Under the pieces are notes generated by a model that was not told the DNA's origin, searched no databases, and worked only from the letters and a program-made list of their open reading frames with translations. A stretch of DNA of 64,000 nucleotides from a virus, in IMG/VR virus record IMGVR_UViG_3300025133_000026. One strand, 5' to 3'. A program made the position numbers and the translations under genes. Below, in pieces: positions 8,929-18,445 of the stretch; within the stretch, counting starts at the first letter, position 1; every line of letters begins with the position of its first letter.

Positions 8929-9122
8929 GTATTCACTATATTTACAAAATTACAATGGGTCCTTACTTTTATTACGGACGGTCAGGGCAAAAACTAGGTG
9001 CGCGTGAACAGGAACATCTCAGAACATTAAAAGCAAATCGACATTTTAATCCGAAGGTACAAGCTGTCTTTAACAAACACAACAATTCCTGGAAAATGGA
9101 ATCTTTCATCTCCCGACAATAG
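8925..9122 (+). pseudogene. Truncated GIY-YIG homing endonuclease fragment
   Basis: HYIYKI...YFYYGRS....R..EH...LK.N.H.N pattern. It stops at 65 aa, before the catalytic Glu helix. Confidence 0.6.
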
Positions 9123-9131
9123 AGAAACAAT

Positions 9132-9545
9132 ATGTTTAGTATTTATACAGATGGTTCAACGCGTCCAACCAATCCAGGACAAATGGGCGCTGGCATAGTC
9201 ATTTATGCATCTAATGTGACCAAACCTATTATGGAACTCTCTATTCCTTTAGGACATGGAACAAATAATCAAGCAGAAATGCTAGCTATTTATATAGCCT
9301 TAACCCATACCGTAGAGTTACCTTCAATTACTACTACTATCTATACAGATTCAAAGTATTGTTGGGGGCTTCTAACCCAGGGGTGGAACGCTAAAACTAA
9401 TAAAGATTTAGTGGAAAAGACGCGGGCGCTGCTCGCAACCAAAACTAATATCTTTATCAAACACATCAGAGGACACCAGGGAATAGAGGGTAATGAAATA
9501 GCGGATAAGCTTGCTTATACAGCATGTATTCATGACCTTTCTTAA
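9132..9545 (+). CDS. rnhA: Ribonuclease H (type I)
   Basis: IYTDGS, TNNQAEM, IYTDSKY, HIRGHQGIEGNEIADKLA. Confidence 0.95.
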   Translation: MFSIYTDGSTRPTNPGQMGAGIVIYASNVTKPIMELSIPLGHGTNNQAEMLAIYIALTHTVELPSITTTIYTDSKYCWGLLTQGWNAKTNKDLVEKTRALLATKTNIFIKHIRGHQGIEGNEIADKLAYTACIHDLS

Positions 9546-9552
9546 ATCAAAT

Positions 9553-10191
9553 ATGGAACTAATACATAGAAGATACTCTTTTTACTCTTTTGCTAAAACA
9601 AATTATCTTCCTACAAGTCTTACTTTTTATACTTCAGAATTGCCAGATGCTACTGAATACAAATTAATTCTTATAGAGTCAGAGTTTAAGACTAAAACTA
9701 AGATAAGGTTCTCTTTCTCTTTAGATAAATGTATTCCAGATTTCAGTATTGTTAAATCTTTTTTAGGCATTTTCTTTCTCTCACCAAAAGAACGTAAAGT
9801 ATTTACTCATAAGAAACTAAAAGAATATCAACTCTCTATTCCTCAAGATATAAGAATAGAACTTGAAGAAAGTTGGAATCTTATTAAAGATAATGAAACT
9901 CACCTTGCCTTTTTTAACGATATTATGAAAATAAAAAACAAAGAATGTAATGCAATAATGGTAAGAAATGGACATAGGGAATTCATAGAGTCCAGATCTG
10001 GAGTATACAAAAGACTGGCATTAAACGAGCGATCACTCATACCGTTATCTCTAACAGTTTATCGTTCTATTGATGATATTAAATTTATGAAGTCTCAAGC
10101 TGATGAAATTATTTATCAAAGACTTATGCAGGGAAAGAAATTACCTACACACTATCTTAATTACGAAATAGATCTTGGAGAAGATATATGA
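9553..10191 (+). CDS. Hypothetical protein with the shared motif near the C-terminus
   Basis: ATG 9553 follows the rnh stop; DEIIYQRLMQGK. Confidence 0.65.
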   Translation: MELIHRRYSFYSFAKTNYLPTSLTFYTSELPDATEYKLILIESEFKTKTKIRFSFSLDKCIPDFSIVKSFLGIFFLSPKERKVFTHKKLKEYQLSIPQDIRIELEESWNLIKDNETHLAFFNDIMKIKNKECNAIMVRNGHREFIESRSGVYKRLALNERSLIPLSLTVYRSIDDIKFMKSQADEIIYQRLMQGKKLPTHYLNYEIDLGEDI

Positions 10192-10934
10192 TTTTCTTAC
10201 TAGCAACACTTTTAGCATGTAGCCCCGAATGTCCTATTGACGTTACTGTAGAAGAAGCTATCATTAATGTAGAACAGCCTTCTACTGAAACAGACACAGA
10301 CGAAAGAGAAGTGTCAGATGAGGCAGAAACCATTACTGATACCGAAGAGCCTCTTGTTGTAGATACAAATAGCGGTGATACCGCTGATGAAACAACAGAT
10401 TGGACTGAATATATTGCAGCCAAAAGCGTCAAGGACTGTAATAATTGGCTCAAGAATATGGAAAAGCCAAAGGATCCAAATTTTTCATGCAATATGTGGG
10501 GAATGAATCAAGCTGGCGAATACATAGAACTGTATGACCTGAAAGGACAAGTTGTTCTCCTTGAATTCAGTACCGTCTGGTGCAGTGTTTGTAATTATAT
10601 TGCTCCTGGAACACAGGAAGTACATGATTCTTTTCAAGACTTTGTTTACTTAACAGTTCTTGTTCAAGATGAAAGTCGAAATCATATCGAACCTAGCGAT
10701 GGAATTGCCTGGGCAAAATATTATAATATTACAACAGCTCCAGTCTTAGTTACTCCCTATGACTCGGTCATTACCGAAACCCATGATGGTTCCGAACCCA
10801 CATTGTGGGACGTCAGCGCATGGCCTTCCTTCTATCTTTTAAATAGAGATGGACAAATTGTCTGGCGTAGTGATGGTTACAATGAAGAAAGAATCTTGAC
10901 CTATATTGAAAATGAAATAAATGAAACAGATTGA
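10188..10934 (+). CDS. TlpA-like thioredoxin-fold lipoprotein
   Basis: Lipobox LLAC; acidic T/E/D linker; L.DLKGQVVLLEFSTVWCSVC; WPSFYLLNRDG. Confidence 0.85.
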   Translation: MIFLLATLLACSPECPIDVTVEEAIINVEQPSTETDTDEREVSDEAETITDTEEPLVVDTNSGDTADETTDWTEYIAAKSVKDCNNWLKNMEKPKDPNFSCNMWGMNQAGEYIELYDLKGQVVLLEFSTVWCSVCNYIAPGTQEVHDSFQDFVYLTVLVQDESRNHIEPSDGIAWAKYYNITTAPVLVTPYDSVITETHDGSEPTLWDVSAWPSFYLLNRDGQIVWRSDGYNEERILTYIENEINETD

Positions 10935-10959
10935 ATCAAAAAATTAAAAGGAGGAGCCC

Positions 10960-11376
10960 CTGGAAAGTTTACTCTGGGGGTTCTTGCTTTTCTTTGCGGC
11001 AGTGTCCATCCTTGAGGCGATAGCCTCTTGGACAGATAAAAGATCTATTAGAAAAATAGGCACACGCATCCTTATTTGGATAGCAATCACCCCAATCATT
11101 ACAGAATTACTTGGCATCAGTCTAGGACTATTAGCAGGTGGCACAGCAACCAAAGCTGGCCTTGAATATGCTATTTCAACAGGACTAATTGCTTCAGTAT
11201 TTAGATTAATTAATACTAAATTCAAAGTACAAAATATGAGCCTAATTGAATGGCTCCACAAAGAAAAACTCTATAAAACTGACTGGCACCACGACGAATC
11301 ATTGTTACATATTATTTTTAAAACCAGGAATAAAAATGAACGAACCGAGACAGGGCTGGATAAAGATTCCATTTAA
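10960..11376 (+). CDS. Membrane protein, probable CTG start
   Basis: AGGAGG at 10949-10954 then in-frame CTG at 10960; in-frame TAA at 10945; three hydrophobic segments. Confidence 0.65.
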   Translation: MESLLWGFLLFFAAVSILEAIASWTDKRSIRKIGTRILIWIAITPIITELLGISLGLLAGGTATKAGLEYAISTGLIASVFRLINTKFKVQNMSLIEWLHKEKLYKTDWHHDESLLHIIFKTRNKNERTETGLDKDSI

Positions 11377-11635
11377 TAATGGAGTTGTCATTCTCTGCCA
11401 ACCACAAGACTATCCTGAAGTTCTTGTTAATACTTTCCCTGCACTAAATTTTAAACAAGCTCAGATTAACGTTGATACAAAAACTCTTGTTTACTCATCT
11501 ACTGATGGTGAAGAAGAAGCTCCAATCATTGCATATAAAGAAGACATCGAAGCAGCACGGAAAGCAGCCATCGACTGGCTTCATGAAATCCTCAAATCAA
11601 ATCTTCCCACTCCTCCTCCAAACCAGGATAACTAA
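11336..11635 (+). CDS. Hypothetical protein
   Basis: ATG 11336 after AGGA; stop abuts the next start. Confidence 0.65.
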   Translation: MNEPRQGWIKIPFNNGVVILCQPQDYPEVLVNTFPALNFKQAQINVDTKTLVYSSTDGEEEAPIIAYKEDIEAARKAAIDWLHEILKSNLPTPPPNQDN

Positions 11636-13222
11636 ATGGATACCCCCACTTCATTCCTCCAGGCCTTCGAAGAAGGTGTTTCTGGTATTGAAGCAAGCGT
11701 CACTGATTACAAATTTAGTGACTCTGGCTACCTTCTAAGCAGCAATGGATATACCCAAGCAAACGATATGAGATACGACAAGAAGGGTCAGCCCCAGCCT
11801 TTCGTATTTCATACTGCTGATGGACAAACTCTCACCACTCCATATCGTAAGGTATATCAAGGGTGGAAGGAAGCTTATTCATTCCCTCAAGGCGCTGAAG
11901 AATCTTACACCAAGGATGAGGGTGGAGAAATGCTCCATTCGTCTGCAGCCAATGCAGACCAGCGCTCAACTTTGCGTGAATCTTCTTGGCAAGATTGGTT
12001 CGACCTCAATCATATTGTTCAAAAAATTGTTGTGTCTGCAGCAAGCCATGAACTGTCTTACAAAGACATGTGGTCTTATCTTTTCAAATGGATGAATACC
12101 GCCAAAGAACAAGGTAAGCTTGATTTTGAATTCATCTTGCTTCCAGAAGAAGTTCAAATTATCAAGAATGCTTGGCGTCAAATTGACCGACAAGGTCTTA
12201 GTCAATTCCAATCCAATATGGAAAACTATCTCCAGCGTGTAGATTCTGAAGGCAACTCTATTGATGACTTCAATATGTACTTTACACGACCTGACGTAGG
12301 GGACGCAGAACTACTGCGTACTCCCTTCCCTATGGTTACTCTGCCTGGTGGGCAGGTGGTTAAAGACGGATGGAATGTAGACGACATTCTGTGGCCAGGA
12401 GAGCAAGAACGACTTAGTGCAGAGAGAAAGTTGAACTACTCTGCTTATGAACTCTATGGAACCAGTACAGATAATGAGACAAAGAAAACCCAATGGTTCA
12501 ATAACACTGATAACTTTGATAGAATCAAAAACTCAAAGGTTATTGCCGAAGAGAAGGTAACAGAGTGGCTTCACTCTATTACTGGTAAGCTAGAAAGCTT
12601 GCCCTATCTCTTGGGTGTGTCTTGCTACCTAGATACTCTTCAGAAAAATGTTGCCATTTATTTCCAAGATGTCTTCCCTGATGTAAGTACTAATGCCGCT
12701 GTACTACAGGCACGACTGTATCACGCAGACAATCGAGTCGTCTTCTTTCTTGAAGAAAAGGGATGGATGAGTATCAAGCACTACCAAGAAGAAGACCGAT
12801 ACACTATGGTTGAACACAAGGGAAGAGTGGGTCTTCCTATGGTTCGAGCTAACAGTGCGCGCATCACAAAGAGTGCCTGGCTTAAAGCTAAGCTATATCT
12901 TACTCAGATTCTTCTCACTCAGCATGAACAGTCAGAAAAAGAGGCAATCAACCTTACCTTTGCTCACCTAGACAAAGAAGGGAAGCCTATTCGTAACCAA
13001 GGACAAACACAAGCCTTTCTACCCACCAGAGAAGGAGCACGCATTATTAACACTACTCCGCGTTCCTTTATCAAGCGATGGGGAAGAGAAGCCCAACAGG
13101 AAGCAGGCGAAACAACTGAAGCGGTAGTCAAGAAACTAATTTCATTCAAAATCCGTAAGCACGAGCACGATGTAAAGACTGCCTATGCTTACCTTTACAA
13201 ACAACTTACCAAAGGAAATTAA
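11636..13222 (+). CDS. Large hypothetical protein (528 aa)
   Basis: Long ORF; no motif recognised. Confidence 0.8.
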   Translation: MDTPTSFLQAFEEGVSGIEASVTDYKFSDSGYLLSSNGYTQANDMRYDKKGQPQPFVFHTADGQTLTTPYRKVYQGWKEAYSFPQGAEESYTKDEGGEMLHSSAANADQRSTLRESSWQDWFDLNHIVQKIVVSAASHELSYKDMWSYLFKWMNTAKEQGKLDFEFILLPEEVQIIKNAWRQIDRQGLSQFQSNMENYLQRVDSEGNSIDDFNMYFTRPDVGDAELLRTPFPMVTLPGGQVVKDGWNVDDILWPGEQERLSAERKLNYSAYELYGTSTDNETKKTQWFNNTDNFDRIKNSKVIAEEKVTEWLHSITGKLESLPYLLGVSCYLDTLQKNVAIYFQDVFPDVSTNAAVLQARLYHADNRVVFFLEEKGWMSIKHYQEEDRYTMVEHKGRVGLPMVRANSARITKSAWLKAKLYLTQILLTQHEQSEKEAINLTFAHLDKEGKPIRNQGQTQAFLPTREGARIINTTPRSFIKRWGREAQQEAGETTEAVVKKLISFKIRKHEHDVKTAYAYLYKQLTKGN

Positions 13223-13702
13223 ATGAGTACAGGGATTCCTCCTCGTCTCGCAGGAAAGAAGGTTTTAGTCCTTCAAAACAATGTCGTGGTGCCACGACCA
13301 AAGTGCAAAGACAAAAATGATAGAGAAAGAGTTCTAAAAGAAATTGGAGAGAAATCTACAATGGATCTTGGAGCTGCTATCAATCAAGGCAAAATAACTT
13401 TAGCAGATGCAAAGAAAATGTTTCCAGCATCTGTATTGTTCGATCATTCAACACGCAACCCTCAAACAAACTCCTTACGAAGAAATGATGTTCGACTTGT
13501 AGAAAAGAAAACCCAAACCTATTGGGGCTTGACTAATACTCGATTCCCACAATGGGTGCCCATTATAGGAAGAGATAGCCAATCAGATTATCTTGTTGTA
13601 CAGAAAAGAGTTGTCACTATGTTATGTGCTGTCTCTTCATCTGGAACTCAGGTAATCAATGTCCTTAACACTAAAACAACCACCACGAAGAGACGTACCT
13701 AG
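13223..13702 (+). CDS. Hypothetical basic protein
   Basis: Starts immediately after the previous stop; AAGGA SD. Confidence 0.7.
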   Translation: MSTGIPPRLAGKKVLVLQNNVVVPRPKCKDKNDRERVLKEIGEKSTMDLGAAINQGKITLADAKKMFPASVLFDHSTRNPQTNSLRRNDVRLVEKKTQTYWGLTNTRFPQWVPIIGRDSQSDYLVVQKRVVTMLCAVSSSGTQVINVLNTKTTTTKRRT

Positions 13703-13778
13703 GAACCCCATTGGAGTAAAATGGGATCACTAGACTTACTTCTAATTACAATAACATTAACAGTTATAGGAAAATTAA

Positions 13779-14075
13779 GTGTCAAGAGAAACTAATACCA
13801 GAGTATCTAGAATTGAACAAGGTAAAAATATTGCCGCTACGCGCGGACATGCAAAAACCTATGTCAATACTGGATCACTAAAAGAAGTCTTTCAATTCGA
13901 ACACTCTGAAGAAACAGTCCTCGCAGGCGAAGTCCTAATAGGTTATGATTCTTCAGGACAACCAATATGGAAATATGCAGAGCACACCTTCTATTTCAAA
14001 GCACCTGAAACCCAGCTAGTAGTTTATGATTCTAACTATCTAGATGTTTATCCTGGAGAAGATAATGAAAATTAA
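13779..14075 (+). CDS. Hypothetical protein
   Basis: GTG start after AGGA. Confidence 0.65.
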   Translation: MSRETNTRVSRIEQGKNIAATRGHAKTYVNTGSLKEVFQFEHSEETVLAGEVLIGYDSSGQPIWKYAEHTFYFKAPETQLVVYDSNYLDVYPGEDNEN

Positions 14076-14352
14076 TATCATTCCCGCAGAAAAGTTACGG
14101 GAGTTTCAAGCTCCCACTGCACAAAAGCTAGCTCAGAGAGTTCAAAATACTTTTAAGCGCTTACATCTTCATGACGGACAACGGTTTGTTGATGTCCCTC
14201 TCTACCTTGAAAATGATACAATGGTAAATGAGGTGACTGATGCAATCAAAACAGCCGACGCGGAGTATTCAGTCCAGGTGGTTAACACTGAAGAAGAACA
14301 GTACTGCTCTCGTGTACTTCGTATTAGCTGGTATCCAGAGAACAATGAGTAA
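14065..14352 (+). CDS. Hypothetical protein
   Basis: ATG 14065 after GGAG. Confidence 0.65.
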   Translation: MKINIIPAEKLREFQAPTAQKLAQRVQNTFKRLHLHDGQRFVDVPLYLENDTMVNEVTDAIKTADAEYSVQVVNTEEEQYCSRVLRISWYPENNE

Positions 14353-14647
14353 GGTATTTAAATTCATTGTTAAGAAAGTATTAAATAAATTGGACGAGAA
14401 ATATCCCGTCCAGCAACCCTCTCCTCTTCCTCCAAAAGAAGTAAAAACTAAAACCATAGAGTTTCAAAACAGAGACTTTAAAATGGTAACAAGTTCGAGC
14501 GGCAATCCAATCATTAAAGAGATTGAAGTTACAATCAACTCTTTTAATGGTAAGAAAGCTCCTTACTTATGTTATAAAGTTTCTAATGGACTCGAAACAC
14601 AGTGGTGGGCTTACTGTCCTGTGGAGGACACACGCTATAAGGGATGA
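14345..14647 (+). CDS. Hypothetical protein
   Basis: ATG 14345 overlaps the previous stop region. Confidence 0.6.
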   Translation: MSKVFKFIVKKVLNKLDEKYPVQQPSPLPPKEVKTKTIEFQNRDFKMVTSSSGNPIIKEIEVTINSFNGKKAPYLCYKVSNGLETQWWAYCPVEDTRYKG

Positions 14648-14648
14648 T

Positions 14649-15032
14649 ATGAACATCTTATTAGGATTTTACTTTACAGTCACTACATTTCTTGTTCTTT
14701 ATTCTTGGCTTGTTCTTAGGCCTGAGTTAAAAGAATCTAAAGAAAGATTAAAGAATCTTTCTAGTCGTCTTGCTCAAAATTATTATGATTTAAATTTCAT
14801 TGTTGGAGAAATAGAAGACGCAGATATTCTAGTACGTAGTGATGTATATAAGTTAAAGCAACAAATAGATGCTATTTGGAAAGGATTTGGCTGGGAAGAT
14901 GAGGTTTTTATCTCCTCAGTCAAACAAGGTCAAACAGAATGGCGCATACCTATACCTCAAAAGAAGGAAGGTCAAGTAATTAAAAGGGTTACCTCTAACG
15001 TTAGGGTTCTTAAAACACCAAAGAATCGTTGA
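14649..15032 (+). CDS. Membrane-anchored coiled-coil protein
   Basis: N-terminal TM (ILLGFYFTVTTFLVLYSWLVL) followed by a coiled coil. Confidence 0.65.
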   Translation: MNILLGFYFTVTTFLVLYSWLVLRPELKESKERLKNLSSRLAQNYYDLNFIVGEIEDADILVRSDVYKLKQQIDAIWKGFGWEDEVFISSVKQGQTEWRIPIPQKKEGQVIKRVTSNVRVLKTPKNR

Positions 15033-15689
15033 TTAATGTTTTAGCAAACCCTTATTAATACTAGAAAGCTTTACAACCCAAACTCGTGTTGGATCAAACT
15101 GTTCAAGACCTATACCTATAGCACTTATAACTCCAACTAGATCTCCTTTGTGGTTATAAACACCGCCGCCACTAGAACCAGGAAGAGCATAGGCTTGTAA
15201 AAGAGCTGCATTACTAAAGCTCTCTCCATCAGAAACCATTCCTCGTGTAACTACATTACAGTCTCTCGAAGGGCAACCAAGAAGCCAAACTTCTTGACCT
15301 GTCTTTAGCTGTGCTGAAATTTTAGCAGCCTTTGTTTTCTTTGGCTTCTTTGGTAAATCAAAGATAGCCCAATCATCAAAGTCATTAGGTCTTGTTACAT
15401 ATCCTATCGAGTCTAATGTTACACAGCCTTCTTTCTCAAGATCAAGAAAGCCACAAACTCTAGTTGCATGTTCTTTAGAAATATCTGCAACATGAGCGGC
15501 TGTCAAAAGCCTATAGATTCCATGAGATTTTACAATAGTCCCAGACCCTACTGGAATCCATCCAAAGACAGCGTGATCAACTTCAAAAGACACTGCAGAG
15601 ACTTTCATATTTTTAACTTGAGGAACAACGTCGGGCGCTGCGTGGCATGACTGAGCGAACAACAATAACAGAGTAAAAAACTTTATCAT
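15033..15689 (-). CDS. Secreted trypsin-like (S1) serine protease
   Basis: Signal peptide; catalytic triad LTAAHV, DWAIF, PGSSGGG; GGGAG SD upstream of ATG 15689. Confidence 0.9.
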   Translation of the reverse strand: MIKFFTLLLLFAQSCHAAPDVVPQVKNMKVSAVSFEVDHAVFGWIPVGSGTIVKSHGIYRLLTAAHVADISKEHATRVCGFLDLEKEGCVTLDSIGYVTRPNDFDDWAIFDLPKKPKKTKAAKISAQLKTGQEVWLLGCPSRDCNVVTRGMVSDGESFSNAALLQAYALPGSSGGGVYNHKGDLVGVISAIGIGLEQFDPTRVWVVKLSSINKGLLKH

Positions 15690-15728
15690 AAACAACACTC
15701 CCTATTACTATTATGCCATAAGGTAGCC

Positions 15729-16487
15729 ATGAATCCGATTCCTAACTTTGTTAAAGAAAAAACAGCTTGTTATTTTTCTCTCTTTAATACTTCTTTTCTT
15801 CCTTTTAACAAAGAAGAATCATTAAGAAATACTTTTCGGCAATTAACAATCGCAATTCCTGAAATTCTAGTTACTGGTGGTTACGTTAGAGATAATCTAG
15901 CAAACGCAAGTATCTTGCCAAAAGATATAGATTTAATTATTCCTTTTAAAGGGAAAACTCAGCAGATTGTTCTTCAGAATACTATTACCAACCTTCTTTC
16001 TTGTCATGGAGCTGTTCAAAATATATATGAAGATAAATATAATAATATTTTTGAAGAAAAAATTATAGTTAATAAAGTTAATATTCGAATAGGCCAAACT
16101 ATTGTTTTTAGTATTGACCTTATCTGGACAGAAGAACCAGAAAAATATATTAAATCTTTTGATTGGCTTTGCTGCATGGGGACAATGTTTTTAAAGGATC
16201 TCGTGGATTGTAGTTCCCTATATCGAGATATATACTTTCCATCGCCTGAAGAACTTGAAGAATACAAAGAAGAGAAAATCTCAAAATTTGGATCATCACC
16301 TCTTACACATTATTATCATTATAGAAAAACTCTTCGCCTCAATAGCGTTAAAAATCCCGAGTCAGCACTGAGGCGTGGGTTTTACTTGGCACATCGCTTA
16401 GGTAAAAAGATGAGACAAGAAGACTTCAATACATTAGTCATGATGACTAATCTCTTAGACAATAACAAATTAATCGAAAAGGATTAA
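15729..16487 (+). CDS. CCA-adding/poly(A) polymerase-type nucleotidyltransferase (head domain)
   Basis: GGYVRD and KDIDL catalytic motifs; the downstream RDFT/EDxxR motifs are degenerate (FDWL, ESALRR). Confidence 0.75.
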   Translation: MNPIPNFVKEKTACYFSLFNTSFLPFNKEESLRNTFRQLTIAIPEILVTGGYVRDNLANASILPKDIDLIIPFKGKTQQIVLQNTITNLLSCHGAVQNIYEDKYNNIFEEKIIVNKVNIRIGQTIVFSIDLIWTEEPEKYIKSFDWLCCMGTMFLKDLVDCSSLYRDIYFPSPEELEEYKEEKISKFGSSPLTHYYHYRKTLRLNSVKNPESALRRGFYLAHRLGKKMRQEDFNTLVMMTNLLDNNKLIEKD

Positions 16488-16488
16488 C

Positions 16489-17175
16489 ATGCAAGTCCCC
16501 GAAGGTTATGAGCTAGTCTCTGACTTACAAATAGATGTACCTATCTTAAATCCTATTACATTCAGTGCGCTGGCAAATCCCGAGGCTCTCCAACATGTTG
16601 GTAAGCACCTTATTGCAGGTCCAGCCCTTACTGCAGATGTAATGGAATTAGATACTGATGCAGACGGAGGAAAACTTTATTGTATTTTCACAGAACATCC
16701 TAAAGAACTAGAAGATTTCTTCTCAAGCTATGGGATGACTGAGATAACTCATTCTGTTCTTCCTCGTTTATGGAAAGACCAAGATTACGCATTATCTATT
16801 ATTGTTCCTTCAGAACATAGTCTTAACAATATGAGAAAAGAGAACATGCGCATCTTTGATTGTGACTGTCTTGCTGCAGAGATGCCCTCAAGTATTGAGT
16901 TAGGAATCACTGAAGGTACTTATATTCTTAAGCCAAAAGAGATGCCCCAAAAGATTAGACTAACCAAGGTTGGAAGAATGCTTCCAGTTGACCTGGTAAA
17001 GGTCTACACAAAAGCCTATCATCGAATGGGTTTTAAAATTGACTACTTTGTATTTCATCACTTTTGGAGACTTAGATGTGCATTCAATTTTAGAAATGAT
17101 CTAATAGATGACCTAAACGCCTTTGAGGAATGGCGTAGTGATTTCCTCGATGAACCAATTACCTTTACTTACTAA
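16489..17175 (+). CDS. Hypothetical protein
   Basis: 228-aa ORF; AAGGA SD. Confidence 0.7.
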   Translation: MQVPEGYELVSDLQIDVPILNPITFSALANPEALQHVGKHLIAGPALTADVMELDTDADGGKLYCIFTEHPKELEDFFSSYGMTEITHSVLPRLWKDQDYALSIIVPSEHSLNNMRKENMRIFDCDCLAAEMPSSIELGITEGTYILKPKEMPQKIRLTKVGRMLPVDLVKVYTKAYHRMGFKIDYFVFHHFWRLRCAFNFRNDLIDDLNAFEEWRSDFLDEPITFTY

Positions 17176-17193
17176 GAACCAGGAGAAAGAACA

Positions 17194-18378
17194 ATGGATT
17201 CAAGAAATTTTCAAAGAGTACTAGATATTTACTTCGAAGCGGATGTGCCTCTTCACGTCTGGGGCGCCGGTGGAATCGGCAAGTCTCAAATCATTGAAGC
17301 AGTTGCTGAAAGGAAAGGTCACCACATGGAAGACCTACGTCTCGCAACACAGGAAGTGGGAGACCTTATTGGTATTCCCAAACGTACAACCCAAGAAGCT
17401 TTACGCATCTCTGGACATGATGAAGAAGGCAATGCCATTATCGAAACCTACACTGCTGATGTCACTACTTGGACTCAGCCGACTTGGTTCCGTCGTATTT
17501 GGAACAAGTATGCCCTTGGGTTCCGAACCGTGCTTTTCCTCGACGAAATGGACCGTGCCAACAAAGAAGTTATTCAGGTAGCTTACCAGCTAACAACGAA
17601 AAAGCAACTTCACGAGCACGAGCTGCCCCCTGGGACCATCATCATCGCAGCAGGTAACCCTCCAACTGAAGATTACATGGTAGAGACTTTCGACGACGCT
17701 ATGTGTACTCGTTGGGCACACGTTAAGCTTGATGCTAACGTCCCTGCGTGGCTTACTGAAGTCGGACCTCGTATGGATGAAGAAATCACAGGCTTCATTG
17801 CAACTGCAGGCAAGGAATATCTTTTCCACAAAGCAGCTGCTTGGGATATTGAAACTGTTAGAATGCCTACGCCTCGTGGTTGGGAGTTCGTAAACCGAGT
17901 TTACGGTGCTTGGAAGAAGCACGGTGGCGGCGACCAACTACTTCTTATGACTTGTGTCGGTTCTATCGTTGGCGCTGCAGCTGGTCGAGAATTCGTTCAG
18001 TCTCTTGAGACTCAGTGGATTACCAGAGATCAGATTCTTTCTGGAGCAAAGAACTACCAAGACCTTAAAGCAAGCTCTGCAGCTTCTGGTCAGATTCTTC
18101 GACTCGTTAACGAATGCTCTCTCTATCTCGAAAAGAAAGACTTTAAGAGCAAGAAGAAAGAGAAAATGGTTGTTGACGCAAGTAAGGTTCAAGCCTTTGG
18201 TGCATTCCTCGATGCCCTTACTCAGGATAAAACCGAGCTTTCTGTCTCTCTAACCAAGAGCATCATGAAGCGCGAGCGTGAAGTACTCAAGCTTATTCTC
18301 ACGAAGGTTTCACCTTCCACGAGAAGTCGCTACAACGAACTCTTCACTCTCAGTCACAAGGTTAACGCATCTTATTAA
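17194..18378 (+). CDS. MoxR-like AAA+ ATPase
   Basis: Walker A GAGGIGKS; Walker B LFLDEMDR; AAGNP sensor; DAMCTRW; TPRGW. Confidence 0.9.
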   Translation: MDSRNFQRVLDIYFEADVPLHVWGAGGIGKSQIIEAVAERKGHHMEDLRLATQEVGDLIGIPKRTTQEALRISGHDEEGNAIIETYTADVTTWTQPTWFRRIWNKYALGFRTVLFLDEMDRANKEVIQVAYQLTTKKQLHEHELPPGTIIIAAGNPPTEDYMVETFDDAMCTRWAHVKLDANVPAWLTEVGPRMDEEITGFIATAGKEYLFHKAAAWDIETVRMPTPRGWEFVNRVYGAWKKHGGGDQLLLMTCVGSIVGAAAGREFVQSLETQWITRDQILSGAKNYQDLKASSAASGQILRLVNECSLYLEKKDFKSKKKEKMVVDASKVQAFGAFLDALTQDKTELSVSLTKSIMKREREVLKLILTKVSPSTRSRYNELFTLSHKVNASY

Positions 18379-18383
18379 CACAC

Positions 18384-18414
18384 GAGAAGGGGAGGGTAAC
18401 TCCTCCCCTTTCTC
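18384..18414 (+). terminator. Hairpin after the AAA ATPase gene
   Basis: gaga-aggggagg / cctcccct-t-tctc inverted repeat. Confidence 0.6.
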
Positions 18415-18445
18415 ATTCAAAACTACTACACAAGTAGGAGAATAA

